Of a stretch of DNA of 64,000 nt, positions 35,524-48,806 are shown piece by piece. The stretch is from Hemiscyllium ocellatum (Eukaryota). Both the position numbers and the translations under genes were made by a program. Numbering within the stretch: position 1 is the stretch's first letter; each line of letters begins with the position of its first letter. Where the stretch lies: NCBI RefSeq assembly GCF_020745735.1, contig NC_083426.1, positions 39,866,001 through 39,930,000 of the forward strand, given 5' to 3'. The notes beneath the pieces were generated by a model. That model was not told the DNA's origin, did not search any database, and saw only the letters and a list, made by a program, of their open reading frames with translations.

Positions 35524-35755
35524 CAGTGTCTGCGTGGGTTTCCTCCGGGTGCTCCAGTTTCCTCCCACAGTCCAAAGATGCGCAGGTCAGGTGAACTGGC
35601 CATGCTAAATAGCCCATAGTGTTCAGGGATGTGTAGTTTAGGTGCCTTAGTCAGGGATAAATGTAAGGGAATGGGTCTGGATGGGTTAGTCTTCCGAGGG
35701 TCGGTGTGGACTTGTTGGGCCAAAGGGCCTGTTTCCACTCTGTAGGGATTCTATG
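35524..35755 (+). mobile_element. 5'-truncated HE1-type SINE
   Basis: Core and tail align with 16025-16346. Confidence 0.85.
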
Positions 35756-36589
35756 CATTGAGGTGGTAAAGTGGTAATTGTAACCAACAGTTTGTACCTA
35801 ACAGTGACATATGCAGCGTTGAATATTATCTGAGCTTTCAAGGTGATGTTAAGAATGTTCACATTTTTTCACCTTGTCTTGCTGTAGTGAGAGATGATTT
35901 GCAAAATACCATTAATCCCCTTTCATCCCTTCAGCAACATACACTTATTAAAGGTCAATATAAATGATCCCACTAGAGGGAGTGGCTGCTCAAGAATATT
36001 TATATACAGTTCTGTTGGTGAAAGGGAGACTTTGCTTCTATTTCCTGAACTAACCTGCTCAGAAACAGACCAAGTTGTGGTGATGTGTAGATGCCAACAA
36101 TTCAGTGGCACATGGGGTTGGCACACATTTGAGTTCTTTCACAGAACATACAGTTGATCTTCTATGACTGTGGGAAACCAAGTCCCTCGCTCAGCTGGGG
36201 AGAGATCTGGGTCAAAGCACTGTGCACCCAAAAGAGTGAAGGAAAATGGGTAAACTTAATCTAAAAAAAACATCCTTCATAGGTAGCAGACAGCTGGTTA
36301 TAAAACAACAAGGATTTAGAAATATTTCAGAAACAAAGGGCTGTATCTTATGGTTTTTGGCCAAGTCTGAGTTTGTGGAAAATTTTCATCTGAGGCCTAG
36401 CTTGTCTTCTTAGTGTATCTTCCCAAATTCACCTACCGACTGCACTCTATGACATCCCTGACATCTGATCCTAGCCCCAACTTACCATGCCCATCTTCCC
36501 AGTGTGCTTGTGCTTAGTTTTAAGAGGCTATTGGGCATCAGGAAAAGCACAGCAACTCAAAGATGCCCTTTTTGTTCAACAGCAGAGTG

Positions 36590-36810
36590 CGAACATGTCA
36601 GAGAAGGAGACAATGCCGTTGTAAATCTCCAACAGGTTGAGGGGTTAGTGTGGAGGAGAGGAGAACCAGCAAAGGAGACTGCACCACCAGACCCTGCCAA
36701 CCTGCTCTAAGGTTGCCACCCGGGTCAGTACTGTATCCATGGTGTAGAGGAATGGCCAGCAGTGCCAGAAGGAAAATGACCAATGATCTCCTCCACTGTG
36801 CCAGTTCAGG
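36590..36810 (+). mobile_element. Decayed PIF/Harbinger Myb/SANT-like coding remnant
   Basis: Manual translation: EGLVWRRG...QTLPTCSKVATRVSTVSMV*RNGQQCQK/KMTNDLLHCA, resembling the W..VA..VS.....R...QC.KK.NDL trihelix pattern. Confidence 0.5.
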
Positions 36811-38658
36811 TGCAACACTCCTTTTTCTGCTACCTCACAATCACTATCTCGGCTACTGTACCAACTTCCAACCAGGCTAATGCCTCACATGGATGCATGG
36901 CAGTGCCAAATGGCACTCAGCTGGAGGAGGAATACACATAGGCCCCTCAGAGAGGAGCTATCTCAAATCTGTCTATCCCAACTTTTGGAAATTCCCGTTG
37001 AGGAGTGTCAACTTACTTCTTTGCACATCTGGCTCGGCCAGACAGTCACTCTGGGATCACCCTGCCAAATCTCCAGACCTATACATCAGGGCAGTGCCAA
37101 TGCACTGTGCTTGTTTTATGCTTATTTATACGTGGCACTGATTTGACCTGACACCTGGATATTTGTCTCACTGTGTAGCCCTGATGTCATTGTTACGTTG
37201 TCAAGCACCAATTCATGTCCACACACAATGGTCCATGGACAGAGGTCAGTGCTGAGAGCCTGCTGGAAGCAAGATGAACACTGCATACACATGGCTGTGG
37301 TGACACCTCATGTCCTCCTCATGCAACATCTCTCTTCCTTTGTGGCCTCTGTGTCCAAAAGTGTAGGTGTCGATGAGTCATTCAGAAAGGTGCAAAGAGG
37401 TGCAACACACAAGAGTATTGAGGGTGGGATGGGGCTAGTAGTTCCCAAGGAATAGGGTCTCCTCAGGTCTCTGTCATGTACAGTAAATGGGTCTGTGGGC
37501 AATGTTCTTCCCCTTTAAAAGCCTTATTAATGGTGGGTGCTACAGCCTCCTTTCTCACTTGCCTGGCCCACTCACAGCTATCTTCTTTCTCTTGTGCATT
37601 TCTGATTTCCAGCACGATGGAAAGTGGCAGTCTCAGCCTGACTCTGCCTGAGTTTCCAAGCATCCAAAGCCCTTTCTGTAAAGCCTATAAGTTACACACC
37701 TCCTTAGGCCCCCACACAAATCCATCTACAGCACAATCCCATTCCTATTCATGCTTTACCATATCCCACTTTTGCAGAAACTGATGTCCCTGTTGACAAC
37801 TGTCATCTCCCCCACATCCACCTTCACCCTCCAGTCCTAAAGCCTAACTTGCAGAATCTAATTTCGACGGCAATGGCTGCTCTTACTCCGCTCCCCTGCC
37901 CGCGTCATTTCACAAATCCTCTTTGTTCCTTAATTTCTGAAGCTGAAGTGACGGACTGACTGTGGTTCACACACTCCCATCATTCTCAGGTGACAAGTGC
38001 CCAGATTCCTGACTGGTAGATATACATTTCCACTGCTGCATTAGCCCTGCTGTTTAACTGGCTGCTATGGAGTGATGGGACTGACTGTGACCCATTCCCC
38101 GAACTGCAGAGACACGGACCCCCGACTGAGAACACCTCGACCAGATGCCTGACCATAGCCAATCATCTGGTATGGCATTGGAGCTTGCCCTTGATTTTCT
38201 GTGCTAGGAACCCCTGTCTGACTGGTGCCTCCATTGACTATGCTGAGGATGACTCCCCTGAAACCTTATGACACAGCTGCCTGCTTGCTGCACAATGCAG
38301 TGGCACTGCCACATATGCTGTTGGCACAGGGTACAGTGTGAGACTGATGGAGCACACTACCTTTTTAGAGAGGACCGCTGACCAGCAAGGCAAGCTACGT
38401 GGCCATATGACTATGCGAACTGACACAGTAAGGCAATACAAGGCAAGGCATGGATCTGTGAGTGTGCAGGTAGACACTAAGTGAGTGAGTGCTAAGACAG
38501 CAAGGAATGAGATGCAGCGTGGTTCAGTCTATGAGGTGGGCCCCTGTCTGAGCCCACCAGATGTCCCTACTGCAACCTTTCAATTGTAGTTGCCAGTGCA
38601 CCTTGCAATACAAATGGAAAGTACCCTGCCAGTGCATTCGAGAGGTCACCAAGATCAC

Positions 38659-39305
38659 GAGTCATAGAGTCATACAGCGCGGAAGCAGACTTTTTGGTCC
38701 AACCAGTCCATGCCGAACATAATCTCAAACTAAACTAGCCCTATCTGCCTGCCCCGAGCCCATACCCCTCCAAACCTTTCCTTTTCATGTATCTATCCAA
38801 CTGTCTTTTAAATGTTGCACACGAACCATTCTCTGTGTAAAAAATTTGCCTCTTATGTTTTTTTAAAATCTCTTTCCTCTCACCTTAAAGATGTGCCCCC
38901 TAGTCTTGAAATCCCCCATCCTAGGGAAAACACAACTACCATTAACCTTACCTCGGCCTCTTATTATTTTCTAAACTTCTATAAGACCATCTCTCAATCT
39001 CATACACACCAGTGAAAACATTCCAACCTATCCAGCCTCTCCTTATAGCTCAAACTTCCATACCCGACAACATCATAGAGTCATACAGTGCAGAAGCAGA
39101 CCTTTTGGTTCAACCAGTCCATGCTGAACATAAATCCTGGTAATTTTTTTCTGAATCCTCTCCAGTTTGATAATATCCTTTCCATAAGTGGGCAACCAGA
39201 ACTGGACACAGTATTCCAGAAGAGGCTTCACCAATGTTCTATACAATCGCAACATGACTTCCCAACTCCAGTACTCAAAGGACTGAGCAATGAAAACAAG
39301 CATGT
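38659..39305 (-). mobile_element. CR1 3' fragment with a second copy of its own tail inserted at 39073-39133
   Basis: (catagagt)n tail at 38659 and again at 39073; ORF 39073..39303 (LYRTLVKPLLEYCVQFW). Confidence 0.8.
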
Positions 39306-39479
39306 CAAGGATCTAGGAACATTGAAGAGATGAAAAACATCATGGGAATCCTAAGACACACAACCCGAAATCCACACACCCTAGTCACAAGGGATGCTGC
39401 CCACTTGTGGTTGAGCCTGGCACAACCATCAAGAGTAAAAGTTGAAAAGTGCAAGCAATAACAGAGGGTGGCATCTTCC

Positions 39480-41612
39480 CAGGCCCTGAACAATGTCGAC
39501 CCTGGCAGGAAATTGGGGAAAACTGTGGGAGAAGTAGAGCAAGGCCCTTCTTAACGTTGGGAGAAATAAACTGCATTTCTAATGAAGTTCCAGACATCAA
39601 GATGTTCTCACTCGAGAGAGGCAAGTGGCCCATTAACGGGGATTATCACTCATTGTCACCCAGATTTTTACTTAATCTTGCCTCATTAATGTGCACTCAC
39701 CTATTCCAACAGATAGAAACTGGGCATTGAGAATTGCTGACATGCAAGTACCTGCTTAATCCAGTTTGTCTCTCCAAACCTCCATCTTGGATCCTGACAC
39801 CAATGTGTCTGGGCATTATTCATGGGCTGTGACCTCATATCCACAGACACCAAAACCACCATTATAGCACATCTCTGATCCAATGACAATTTACCGCTGA
39901 TCTGTAATGCTGCAGTTTGGACATTAGCAACTAGCATCAGAATGTTACAGGTACCCACCACCCTTCACAGATTGAACCAGGCTGCACCTCAGAGCTGATT
40001 GGCTAATTACTTAACGCTCACTCACTTAGCACATCCCTCATTGTCTTTTAGAGCTTTCCACCTGAGACAGAGCTACTTACACACCTTATTTCTGCCTTGC
40101 TGTTTAGTACAGATTCAGGTCCGTTCAGCAACAATCTGTGATCAGTCAAGAGGGTGGTGGACAGGTTGCTGAATGGTACTGAGCTATGTCAGTCTCACAC
40201 CTATACCATGTCTCAGCAGTGGACACAGCAAACACACTGAATGTGCTTCAAGCAAATGGCCAACATCTCAAAATCGCCCTCAGTCAAGGCAAGAGAGATA
40301 CTCTTCAGCCAGGCTTTCTGCAGGCTGTTTGCTCCTGGAAACAGACAAAGGGAGGGATTCAAAGAGATGAAAATAGTCATAGTCATATAGCACGGGGACA
40401 GACCCTTCAGTCCAACCAGTCCATGCCGAACACAACCCCAAATCGAACCAGTCCCACCTGTCTGCTCCTAGCCCACATCCTCCCACCCAAACCCTTCCCA
40501 CCCACGTACCCATCCAAATGTCTCCCAAATGTTGCAATTGTATCCACATCCACCACTTCCTCAGGACGTTCATCCCACATGTGAACCATTCTCTGTGTAA
40601 AAAGATTGCCCCCATGTCTTTGTTGAATCTCTCTTCTCTCACATTGAAAACGTCTCCCCACCGAGTCTTGAAATCCCCCATCCTAGGGAAAAGACAACTA
40701 TCATTAACTCTATCTATATCCCTCATTATTTTATAAACTTATATAAGGTCCCCTCTCAACCTCTAATGTTCCAGTGAAAAATGTCTCAGCCTATAGGTCA
40801 AGCAGTTGGAGCAAGGTGATGAGGTGTCCCAAGTGAGTGAACGGACCCATACAAAAGCCCTGCTGTGTTATTTGGGGAACTGGGTAAGAGTGAGTGAGGG
40901 AAGATATTGCAATGTGTGAGCATGGTCGACCACGGGGCTTGGTGTGCAGTAGCAGAGATACACAATGAGTGTTTGGTAGCAGAGAGAAGATGGTAACACT
41001 TACCATTGCAGAGAGAAAATGGTTATTTGAGCATCTTTAAACATCACTGAACATTCCTTCAGTGGACCGAGACTGCACTGACTCAACTGGCAAACTCAGA
41101 ACAGCTGAGAGTGCCTAGTGTCAGTCTCCTCTCAGCCGGTCCTTGGGGAAAGGGGGGTGCCCTTTCTCTGGACCACCATGTCCATGAGGAGCTGCAGGAT
41201 CTAGTCCAGAAAGTGGTGTGCTAAAATCCTCTGAGTGGTTGCTGGATGCCTCACGCCAATGTCCATGGAGGAAGGGTATGTGTGGCTGGTGCCCATGGAT
41301 TATGCATTGAGCTGCACTTTGTACCTAACATGGAGGTCATTTGGAGCAAGTGGCAAACAGAAATTGCCAGGTACCCGTTCTGGTTTCCATGTCAGGTTTG
41401 TGTTCGGTGAGTTTGGGAAGACAGAAAGCTGAATATTAACAAGGTGAATTAGGCTGTCAACAAGATGTTTAACAAGCAATAATCCCCCTTATCTGACAAC
41501 TCGCCAGTGAGAAACTCACCACAGCACTCCGTGAAAGTAAAATCAGGAGCACGGTGCTCCCGACGTTCAAACAGACCTCACTGACCTCTCATCGAATTGT
41601 GACATTCAACCC
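39480..41612 (-). mobile_element. Probable decayed PIF/Harbinger element with Myb/SANT exon remnant at about 41000-41230
   Basis: Minus strand reads LAHHFLD*ILQLLMDMVVQRK...SEFAS*VSAVSVH*RNVQ*CLK then GTAAGT; weak inverted similarity between 39600-39700 and 41430-41520. Boundaries approximate. Confidence 0.45.
40374..40795 (-). mobile_element. CR1 3' fragment
   Basis: FTQRMVHMWDERPEEVV-like C-terminus and (catagt)n tail. Confidence 0.8.
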
Positions 41613-42651
41613 TTCAAAGGCTCAAACCTTTTCAGATTTTGCCTGTTATGCTTTTGAAACAATTTCCCTTACCAAAATGACCAAGAGCTGTTTTGCAGTT
41701 GTCTGATGTTTACAGCTGCATTACACAACTTACATTAGTCATAACAATACACTAAGACCTTGATGTGGTTCCGAGGCAAATGTATAGCAATCTAGAATCT
41801 GACGAGTGCTAACGTCGTCGCCTTAAAATGCAGTTCTGCACAGACCAAGTTCTTCTAGTAAGTGTATCATAACAAAGATCACCTTCTCATATTGTGTTCA
41901 GGTTTTGACTGAAAAATCATTCCCTTCAACAAGCAAGAATTATAGCAACAGTTTCAAAACAGTGTTTACCTCAACGCTTTGAGGAAGATGGAAAGGAAAA
42001 GCGGCTGGTAAAAATGGAAGATAAAGAAAGAATGGGAAGTGATTACTGAATCATTAAAAAAAAGAAAAATTATAAAACAAAATATGGGAAGAGAAATGAA
42101 AGGTCCAAAAAATGAAGAATTTAAGGAACAAAGTGACTCCAGGGAAGGGAAAATTAAAGGATTAAAAAGCAAATAAAAAGAATGTACCATTTCATTAATA
42201 AAATACAATGTCAACTTTAATTGAAAGATTAGAAGCTGTTAAGTCAAATTTAATGGACTCCAAACTCGAGGCTACTGGCAAAGGGCCATCAAGTCTGCAG
42301 TTAGATGAAATAATGAGTCTGAGCTACATAACAAGGGGGATGTCTCCTAGCTCACCGCAGCCTGCAGAATAATAAGATGTTATGTTTCATCTCTATTCAA
42401 TAATTTTGGAGGGTTCAATGCATGGTGTGGTTTGGGAGAGTTTGTAGGGGAAAGGAATACTTCATCGCTTCTAGTAGGCAAGATGTTTTTAACTGTAAAA
42501 TCTGAAATACATCCTCCACATTCATTATTGGATTCTAACACTTTTCAAACTGTTTGAAGACCTCTCCAGTGAAGTGCCTTTAGATTATGCTGAATACACT
42601 GTCTCTGTACATAAATATATTTTCACAAGATGTTCTCAGCAAAGCTGCTGA

Positions 42652-42983
42652 GGTGCTCACAGTGGCTCCGTGGTTAGCACTGCTACCTCACAGCACCGGC
42701 TTTAATTCCAGCCTCACGTGACTGTGTGGAATTTTCACATTCTCTCTGTGTCTGTGTGGGTTTCCTCTGGGTGCTCCGGTTTCCTCCCACTATCTTAAGA
42801 TATGCAGGTTAGGTGAATTGGCCATGCTAAATTGCTCATAGTGTCCAGGGATGTGCAGGTAAGGGGCATTAGTTAGGGGAAATGTAGAGTAGTAGGGGAA
42901 CAGGTCTGGGTGGGATGCTTTTCAGAGGGTCAGTGTGGACTGGTTGGACCAAGTGGCCTGTTCCTATACTATAGGGATTCTAT
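42652..42983 (+). mobile_element. Older HE1-type SINE
   Basis: Aligns with 16025-16346 with CpG decay. Confidence 0.85.
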
Positions 42984-43621
42984 AGTCGAGAAGATGTTTT
43001 CACAGTTGATTCTAGTTGTTCCTAGCTTATGAAGGCCCATTGAAGACAGACATTAAGAGAATGCATGAGGTTGATTAATTAACTTTTGTTTCGATATGTT
43101 ATTTATAAATGTGGTTTAATTTAGCATTTTGGCCAACGGGACCCAGTGTGGGTCAGTGATAGAAGAATAGTAAGGCATGGAATTGGGATTGTGTTCACTG
43201 ATATAGCAGGTGAATGAGTCGTTCACAGACAGCCTGGCCAGCAAGGGACTATGTTGATTGCCTTTTTCTCAGTATTTCCCACATACCTGGGAGCAAGAGC
43301 AATGCTCTCATGATGCTGTGCAGTCAGCAACACGTCATCATGAGACTTGACACCCACTCTGTCACCTAATGAAGGGCTGATCCACAGCTGTCCAGACAGT
43401 AGATGTATTATGTAAGTACCTCAGTGATCTGCTCCATCATATTCCATGTTGCAATATGGCTTTCACTTATTATGCACACCAGAATCAAGAGCAATGTGGT
43501 CAGTGGGTACCCCTTAGTTCTCAGTTGCCGCTCTCCACTTTGCTGTGGTGGCCCAAATGATGATGGTACAGTAGATTTGTGCAGTGTGAAGGCAACACAA
43601 CAGCTGTTCAGATACTGATAA

Positions 43622-45351
43622 GATATTAAGTCTAGAAGGCTGTAAAGTGTCTAGTCTGAAGATGAGACGTTGCTCTTCCAGTTTGCACTGTGATTCACTG
43701 GATTACTGCAGCATTCCGAAGACAGACACGTGGGCACGCGAGCAGGGTGCTGTGTTAAAACGACTGGCTACAGGAACGTCAGGGTCCTGCTTGAGCACAG
43801 ACTGGAGGTGTTCTGCAAAGTGGTCACCCAGTCTGTGTTTGGTTTCTCCAATGTAAAGTAGGCCACCTGGCTGACTTATTCTCTCAGTGAACAAATTCTC
43901 CTTTGATTCACCTCACTTCTGCCAATTCAAAGGATTGGCTATGGACATCCACATGGGTCCCAGTTCTGCCTGCCTCTTTTTGGGACTGGTGGAACAATCC
44001 TTGTTCCAGTCTTACACTGGACCCCTCTCACAATGCTTTTGTTGTACATTGATGACTGTTTCAGTGCCACTTCATGCTCCCGTCAGGACTTTGAAAACTT
44101 CATTAATTTTGCCTCCAATTTCCACCCCTCTGTAACTTTCACATCATCCATTTTGGACACTTCCCTTCCTTTTGTTGACCTCTCTGCCTCCATTTCCACT
44201 GCCATCCACTTCAAAGCCACTGACTCCCATAGCTACCTTCACTACAGCTCGTCACACCCTATGTCCTGCAAGGACTCCATCCCATTTCCCAGTTCTTTTG
44301 CCTACGTCGTATTTGTTCAGATGATACCACCTTCCAAAGCAGCGCTGCTGACAAGGCTTGTTTTTCCATGACTGTGGTTTCCCACCCACTGTGGTTGACA
44401 GGGGCCTCAACCACATCCGGCCTATCACTCGTGCTTCCACCCTTACCCCTTCACATCACTCACAATAGCATGATTGGGTTCCCCTTGTCCTCACTTTTCC
44501 TCCCACCAGCCTCTGCATTCAAATGATCATTCTCCACCATTTCAGACAACTCCAGCAGAACGCCACCACCAAACACATCTTCCCCTCAATTCCCCAGTCT
44601 GCATTTGCAGGAATTGTTCCTTCCAGATACCCTAGTCCATTCCACAATCACCAGCACCACACCCCTCTCTCCACAGCAACTTTCCATATAACTGCAGAAG
44701 GTGCAACATTTGCCCCTTCACCTCTCCCTGCTCACCGTCAAAGGGCCCAGACTGTCGTTCCAGGTGAAGCAGCATTTCACCTGTACCTCCTCCAATCCTG
44801 TGTATTGTATTCGCTGCACCCAATGTGGCCTACTCTACATTGGAGAAACCAAATACAGCTTTGTGTGACCACTCTGTGGAACACGTCTGGTCTGTGCTCA
44901 CGCAGGACCCTGACATTCCCATAGCCGGGCATTTTATCACAGCACCCTGCTGGCATGCCCATGTGTTTGTCCTTGGCATGCTGCAATGTTCCAGTGAATC
45001 ACAGCGCAAACTGGAGGAACAACATCTCAGACTACACACATTACAGCCTTCTGGACTAATTATTGAGTTAACTGTCAACATTTCTTCCTTTTCTTTTAAC
45101 TTGTTAGCATGTCCTCCCCCTCACCCCCTTCCCACTTACTGTCCTTTCTAGTCTGGCAGGAGACACACTGTTGTGCTGCCATTCTCACATTCCGATCACC
45201 CAATCTGAACTATCAACATGTTTTCTTCACTGGACCCTCCACCCACTACCCCCAGCCCCACCATTTCACTGCCACCCCTCAGCTATAGCATAAATGCTGT
45301 CCCCTCCCCACTTTACTTCAGCTTTGATGAAGCGTCACTTAAACTCAAAAC
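43622..45351 (+). mobile_element. Decayed Penelope-like element (family C) with inverted 5' segment
   Basis: 43880-45060 forward: GLAM..HMGPS.ACLF, YIDDC, LPFVDL, KATDSHSYL, GIY-YIG pieces; 43622-43865 is an inverted second copy of the GIY-YIG region (LLYIGETK); decayed hammerhead-like motif at 45324-45351. Confidence 0.85.
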
Positions 45352-45364
45352 AAAATAAAACGGA

Positions 45365-45625
45365 GATGCGGAAGAATTTCTACTCTCAGAAGATTACAAA
45401 TGTTTGGAATTCCCTACCCTAGAGATATATGGAGGTTAGATTACAGAAAGTATTTAAAGATAGCTGGATAGTGATTTCAAATATCAGAGAGTTGGGGACT
45501 GTGACAAAAGGGTATGAAAGAGGTGTTGATGCCTGGGGCAGATCAGCCATGATTATACTGTACAGTGGAACAGAGTTCAGGGGACAAATGGCCTTCTCCT
45601 GCACCTATTTCTTCTGTTCCTTACT
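45365..45625 (+). mobile_element. Old CR1 3' fragment
   Basis: tggaattccctacc...gatcagccatgat...aatggcct tail motifs shared with 26180-26390. Confidence 0.65.
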
Positions 45626-45954
45626 CTGAGATTATTAATTAACCCTGCCACATGATACAATACCAAGTTTAATATAACCGGGTTCTGGTCAGATTCAAAG
45701 CATACCTCTGTGAGAAACTATCTTGAATGCACCCTGTGACCCCCTCATCCAAATTTCTCCTGCCAATTTGACTTTTTACAACTTATATGTAGGCTAAAGT
45801 CACCCATGGTTATTGCTATTCTTACATATTTTATCCTACATTGTGGTTATTGTTCAGGAGTTTATCAATCAATGACTTCTTTCCCCTACTATTTTCCATC
45901 TCTATCCAAGCTGATTTTAAATCTTGAGGCCTGAACCAAGGTAATCTCTAACAA

Positions 45955-47215
45955 CGTTTTGTGCATGGGAAATCATGTCTCACTAACTTGATTGAGTTTC
46001 CTCAAAGTAATGAAAAGGATTGATGAAAGAAGAACAGTGGACGTGATCTATATGGACTTCAATAAGGCATTTGACAAGATTCCGCATGATAGACTGGTTA
46101 ACAAGCTTAGACCACATGGAATACAGGGAGAACTAGCGATTTGGATACAGAACTGGCTGAAAGGTAGGAGACAGAGGATGGTGGTAGAGGGTTGCTTTTC
46201 AGACTGGAGGCCTGTGACTAGTGCAGTGCCACAAGGATCGGTGCTGGGTCCACTATTTTTTGTCATTTATAGAAATGTTAATATAACAAGTATAGTTAGT
46301 AAGTTTGCAAATGACACCAAAATTGGAGGTGTAGTGGACAGCAAAAAGAAAGTTACCTCAGAGTACAATGGGATTTTGATCAGATGGGCCAATGGGCCAA
46401 GGAGTGGCAGATGGAGTTTAATTTAAATAAATGTGAGGTGCTGCATTTGGGGAAGGCAAATCAGGGGAGCACTTATACATTTAATAGTAAAGTTCTGGGG
46501 AGTGTTGCTGAACAACGAGACCTTGGAGTGCAGGTTCATAGCTCCTTGAAAGGGGAGTCACAGATAGATAGGATAGTGAAGAAGGCGTTTGGTATGCTTT
46601 CCTTTATTGTTCAAAGTATTGAGTACAGGAGTTGGGAGGTCATGTTGCGGCTGTACAGGATGTTGGTCAAGCCACTTTTGGAATACTGCATGCAATTCTG
46701 GTCTCCCTGCTATAGAAATGATTTTGTGAAACTTGAAAAGTTCAGAAAAGATAAAGAAGGATGTTGCCAGGATTGGAGAATTTGAGCTACAGGAAGAGGC
46801 TGAATAGACTGAGACTATTTTCCTTGGAATGTCAGAGGTTGACCAGCGTCCGTAAAGAAATTTATAATATCATGAGGAACATGGATAGGGTGAATAGCCA
46901 TGGTCTTTTCCCCAGGGGGTGGGGAGTCAAAAACTAGATGGCACTGGTTTAAAGTGAGAGGGAAAAGACTTAAAAGGGACAGAAGGTGGAACCTTTTTCA
47001 CACAGAGGGTGGTGTGTGTATGGAATGAGCTGCCAGATGGTGGAGGCTGGTACAATTACAACATTTAAAAGACATCTGGATGGGTATAAGAATAGGAAGG
47101 GTTTAGAGGGATATGGGCCAAGTGCTGGCAAATGGGACTAGATTTATTTAGGATACCTGGTCGAAATGAATGAGTTTGACCGATGGATCTGTTTCCTACA
47201 TCTCTATGACTCTAT
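45955..47215 (+). mobile_element. 5'-truncated CR1 LINE (RT to tail)
   Basis: [37 protein letters not shown]; ctatgactctat tail. Confidence 0.88.
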
Positions 47216-47216
47216 A

Positions 47217-47400
47217 ATTGCGCACATACCATCCTTGATTAACAGTGCTACCCCTCCACTTTTACCTAGTGTCCTATTCTTCTTCAATGCCATATACCAA
47301 TCCTGGTCATCCAGTAGCCCGGTCTCCATAATAGCTGTCAGGTCATTTTTATTCACATTAATATGTGCTATAAAACTAACATGTTCTCTCAACCAGGTTT
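47217..47400 (-). mobile_element. CR1 APE endonuclease fragment
   Basis: ORF 47204..47488: DLTAIMET...GKSGGVALLIKD. Confidence 0.6.
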
Positions 47401-48142
47401 GACTAAATGACAGAAAAAACTGAGGGCATGTAGAAAAGGAGGAAGAAAACCATTTACTTCCATCAACACAAATCACCATTGAAAACATATGTTACCCATT
47501 ACTGATACACAATTCAGTGCAAGATAGCAACCATTAAATATTTGTAGTCTAAAAACCACATAATTAAATCCTGCAGGGTAAGTTTACTTAATTTGATATC
47601 CAACAACCTCATTTTTATCAATCATTGGTAAATAACTGAAAGAGGAAAGTAATCCAACCTGGAAGGTGAATTTTGAGAGAAATGCAGTCACAAACAACTT
47701 GGTTGTGTAACTGAGGTGAAAAAAGAACATGACCCAAATGGGTTTCAGAATCTAATCTCAGGTCTTGATTTACCCAGACTTCACTGTATTAACATTATAA
47801 ACAAGGATGATTGGAGTTCAGGAGGAACCACAGCTGTCGTCCCAAGACACTGACAGTTCTAACTCAACCACTGTTCCCATTTATTTCCATTTAAACAGGG
47901 CACCGCAAACCCTCTGATATTTTCATTAATTGGAGGCATCAAGACCAATTCCCGCTCAGACACACAGACACTTTCCAAGTGGCCAAGAAAAGCAACTCCA
48001 GTTGTTTTACCCTCTTACCAAGCTAAGAATGCAAAGGCCAATCTTTACATCTCTACCACAACTCCCAGTACAAATTGCAACCTGAACTCAGGACCTTCAT
48101 GATATATATGAATTCATATTACACTGGCTCGAACACTTAGCA

Positions 48143-48564
48143 ATTCCGTCGGTTTTCCAATAACAGGATGGTTCTGTTCTTTGTGCAATCCCGTGTTATA
48201 AGAAAATTGTGTAATAGCAGCACCATTCAAACTAATGGGGTTGGAATCACGTTATAACCAATACAGGGTGACCCCCTTATCCATGGGTTTGGTTACCGTG
48301 GCTTCAGTTACCCATGGTTTCCCGTGGCCCAAACATATAAAAGAGAATATCCTGGAATCAGGGACCAGGAGGCTGCTGGTAGGGTAGGTTTCCCATTTAA
48401 ATGGATGAGTTCATATCTATCTGTGGTTTCAGGCTTTGACATATCCCATTCAAGTACGGAGGGGACTACTATTCACATTTTAGAAGTTTGCGCTATAGAA
48501 ACAGTGTCCCCAACCTGTCAATCATGTTATTAACCAATAGCGCATTATAGCAGAACGATCAGTA
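48143..48564. mobile_element. Nested Tigger/pogo-type MITEs (inner 48262-48471)
   Basis: Inner ends tacagggtgaccccttatcc...gagggactacta resemble recalled Tigger/MER44-type TIRs at a TA; outer right end ttatagcagaacgatcagta has a decayed inverted partner near 48143. Confidence 0.55.
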
Positions 48565-48806
48565 GGCCAGCAACAACTTGTTCTCAACTTGTTAATCAAC
48601 GCTAACATCACATTATAAAACATGTCAATCATGATAATATGGAAAAAAAAACCTTATCATTTTAAACTGGTTTTCACAGCACTTTTGTTGCTCCAAGTCT
48701 CTATTTTGAACAAAATGATCAATATAACTTGTGTTATAAATCTGAAATTGAAACACAAAATGCTGGACAGTGGGGTAATATCAGGCAGCATCTGTGAAAA
48801 AGAAGG

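Noticed and set aside
41966-42214. Purine-rich tract giving a hydrophobic 82-aa minus-strand ORF and a possible micro-exon ending at a GTAAAC donor
   Set aside because: Low-complexity composition explains the ORF; candidate exon lengths of 7 or 35 nt break the phase-1 frame, and no SCUBE3 exon is missing between EGF8 and EGF9.
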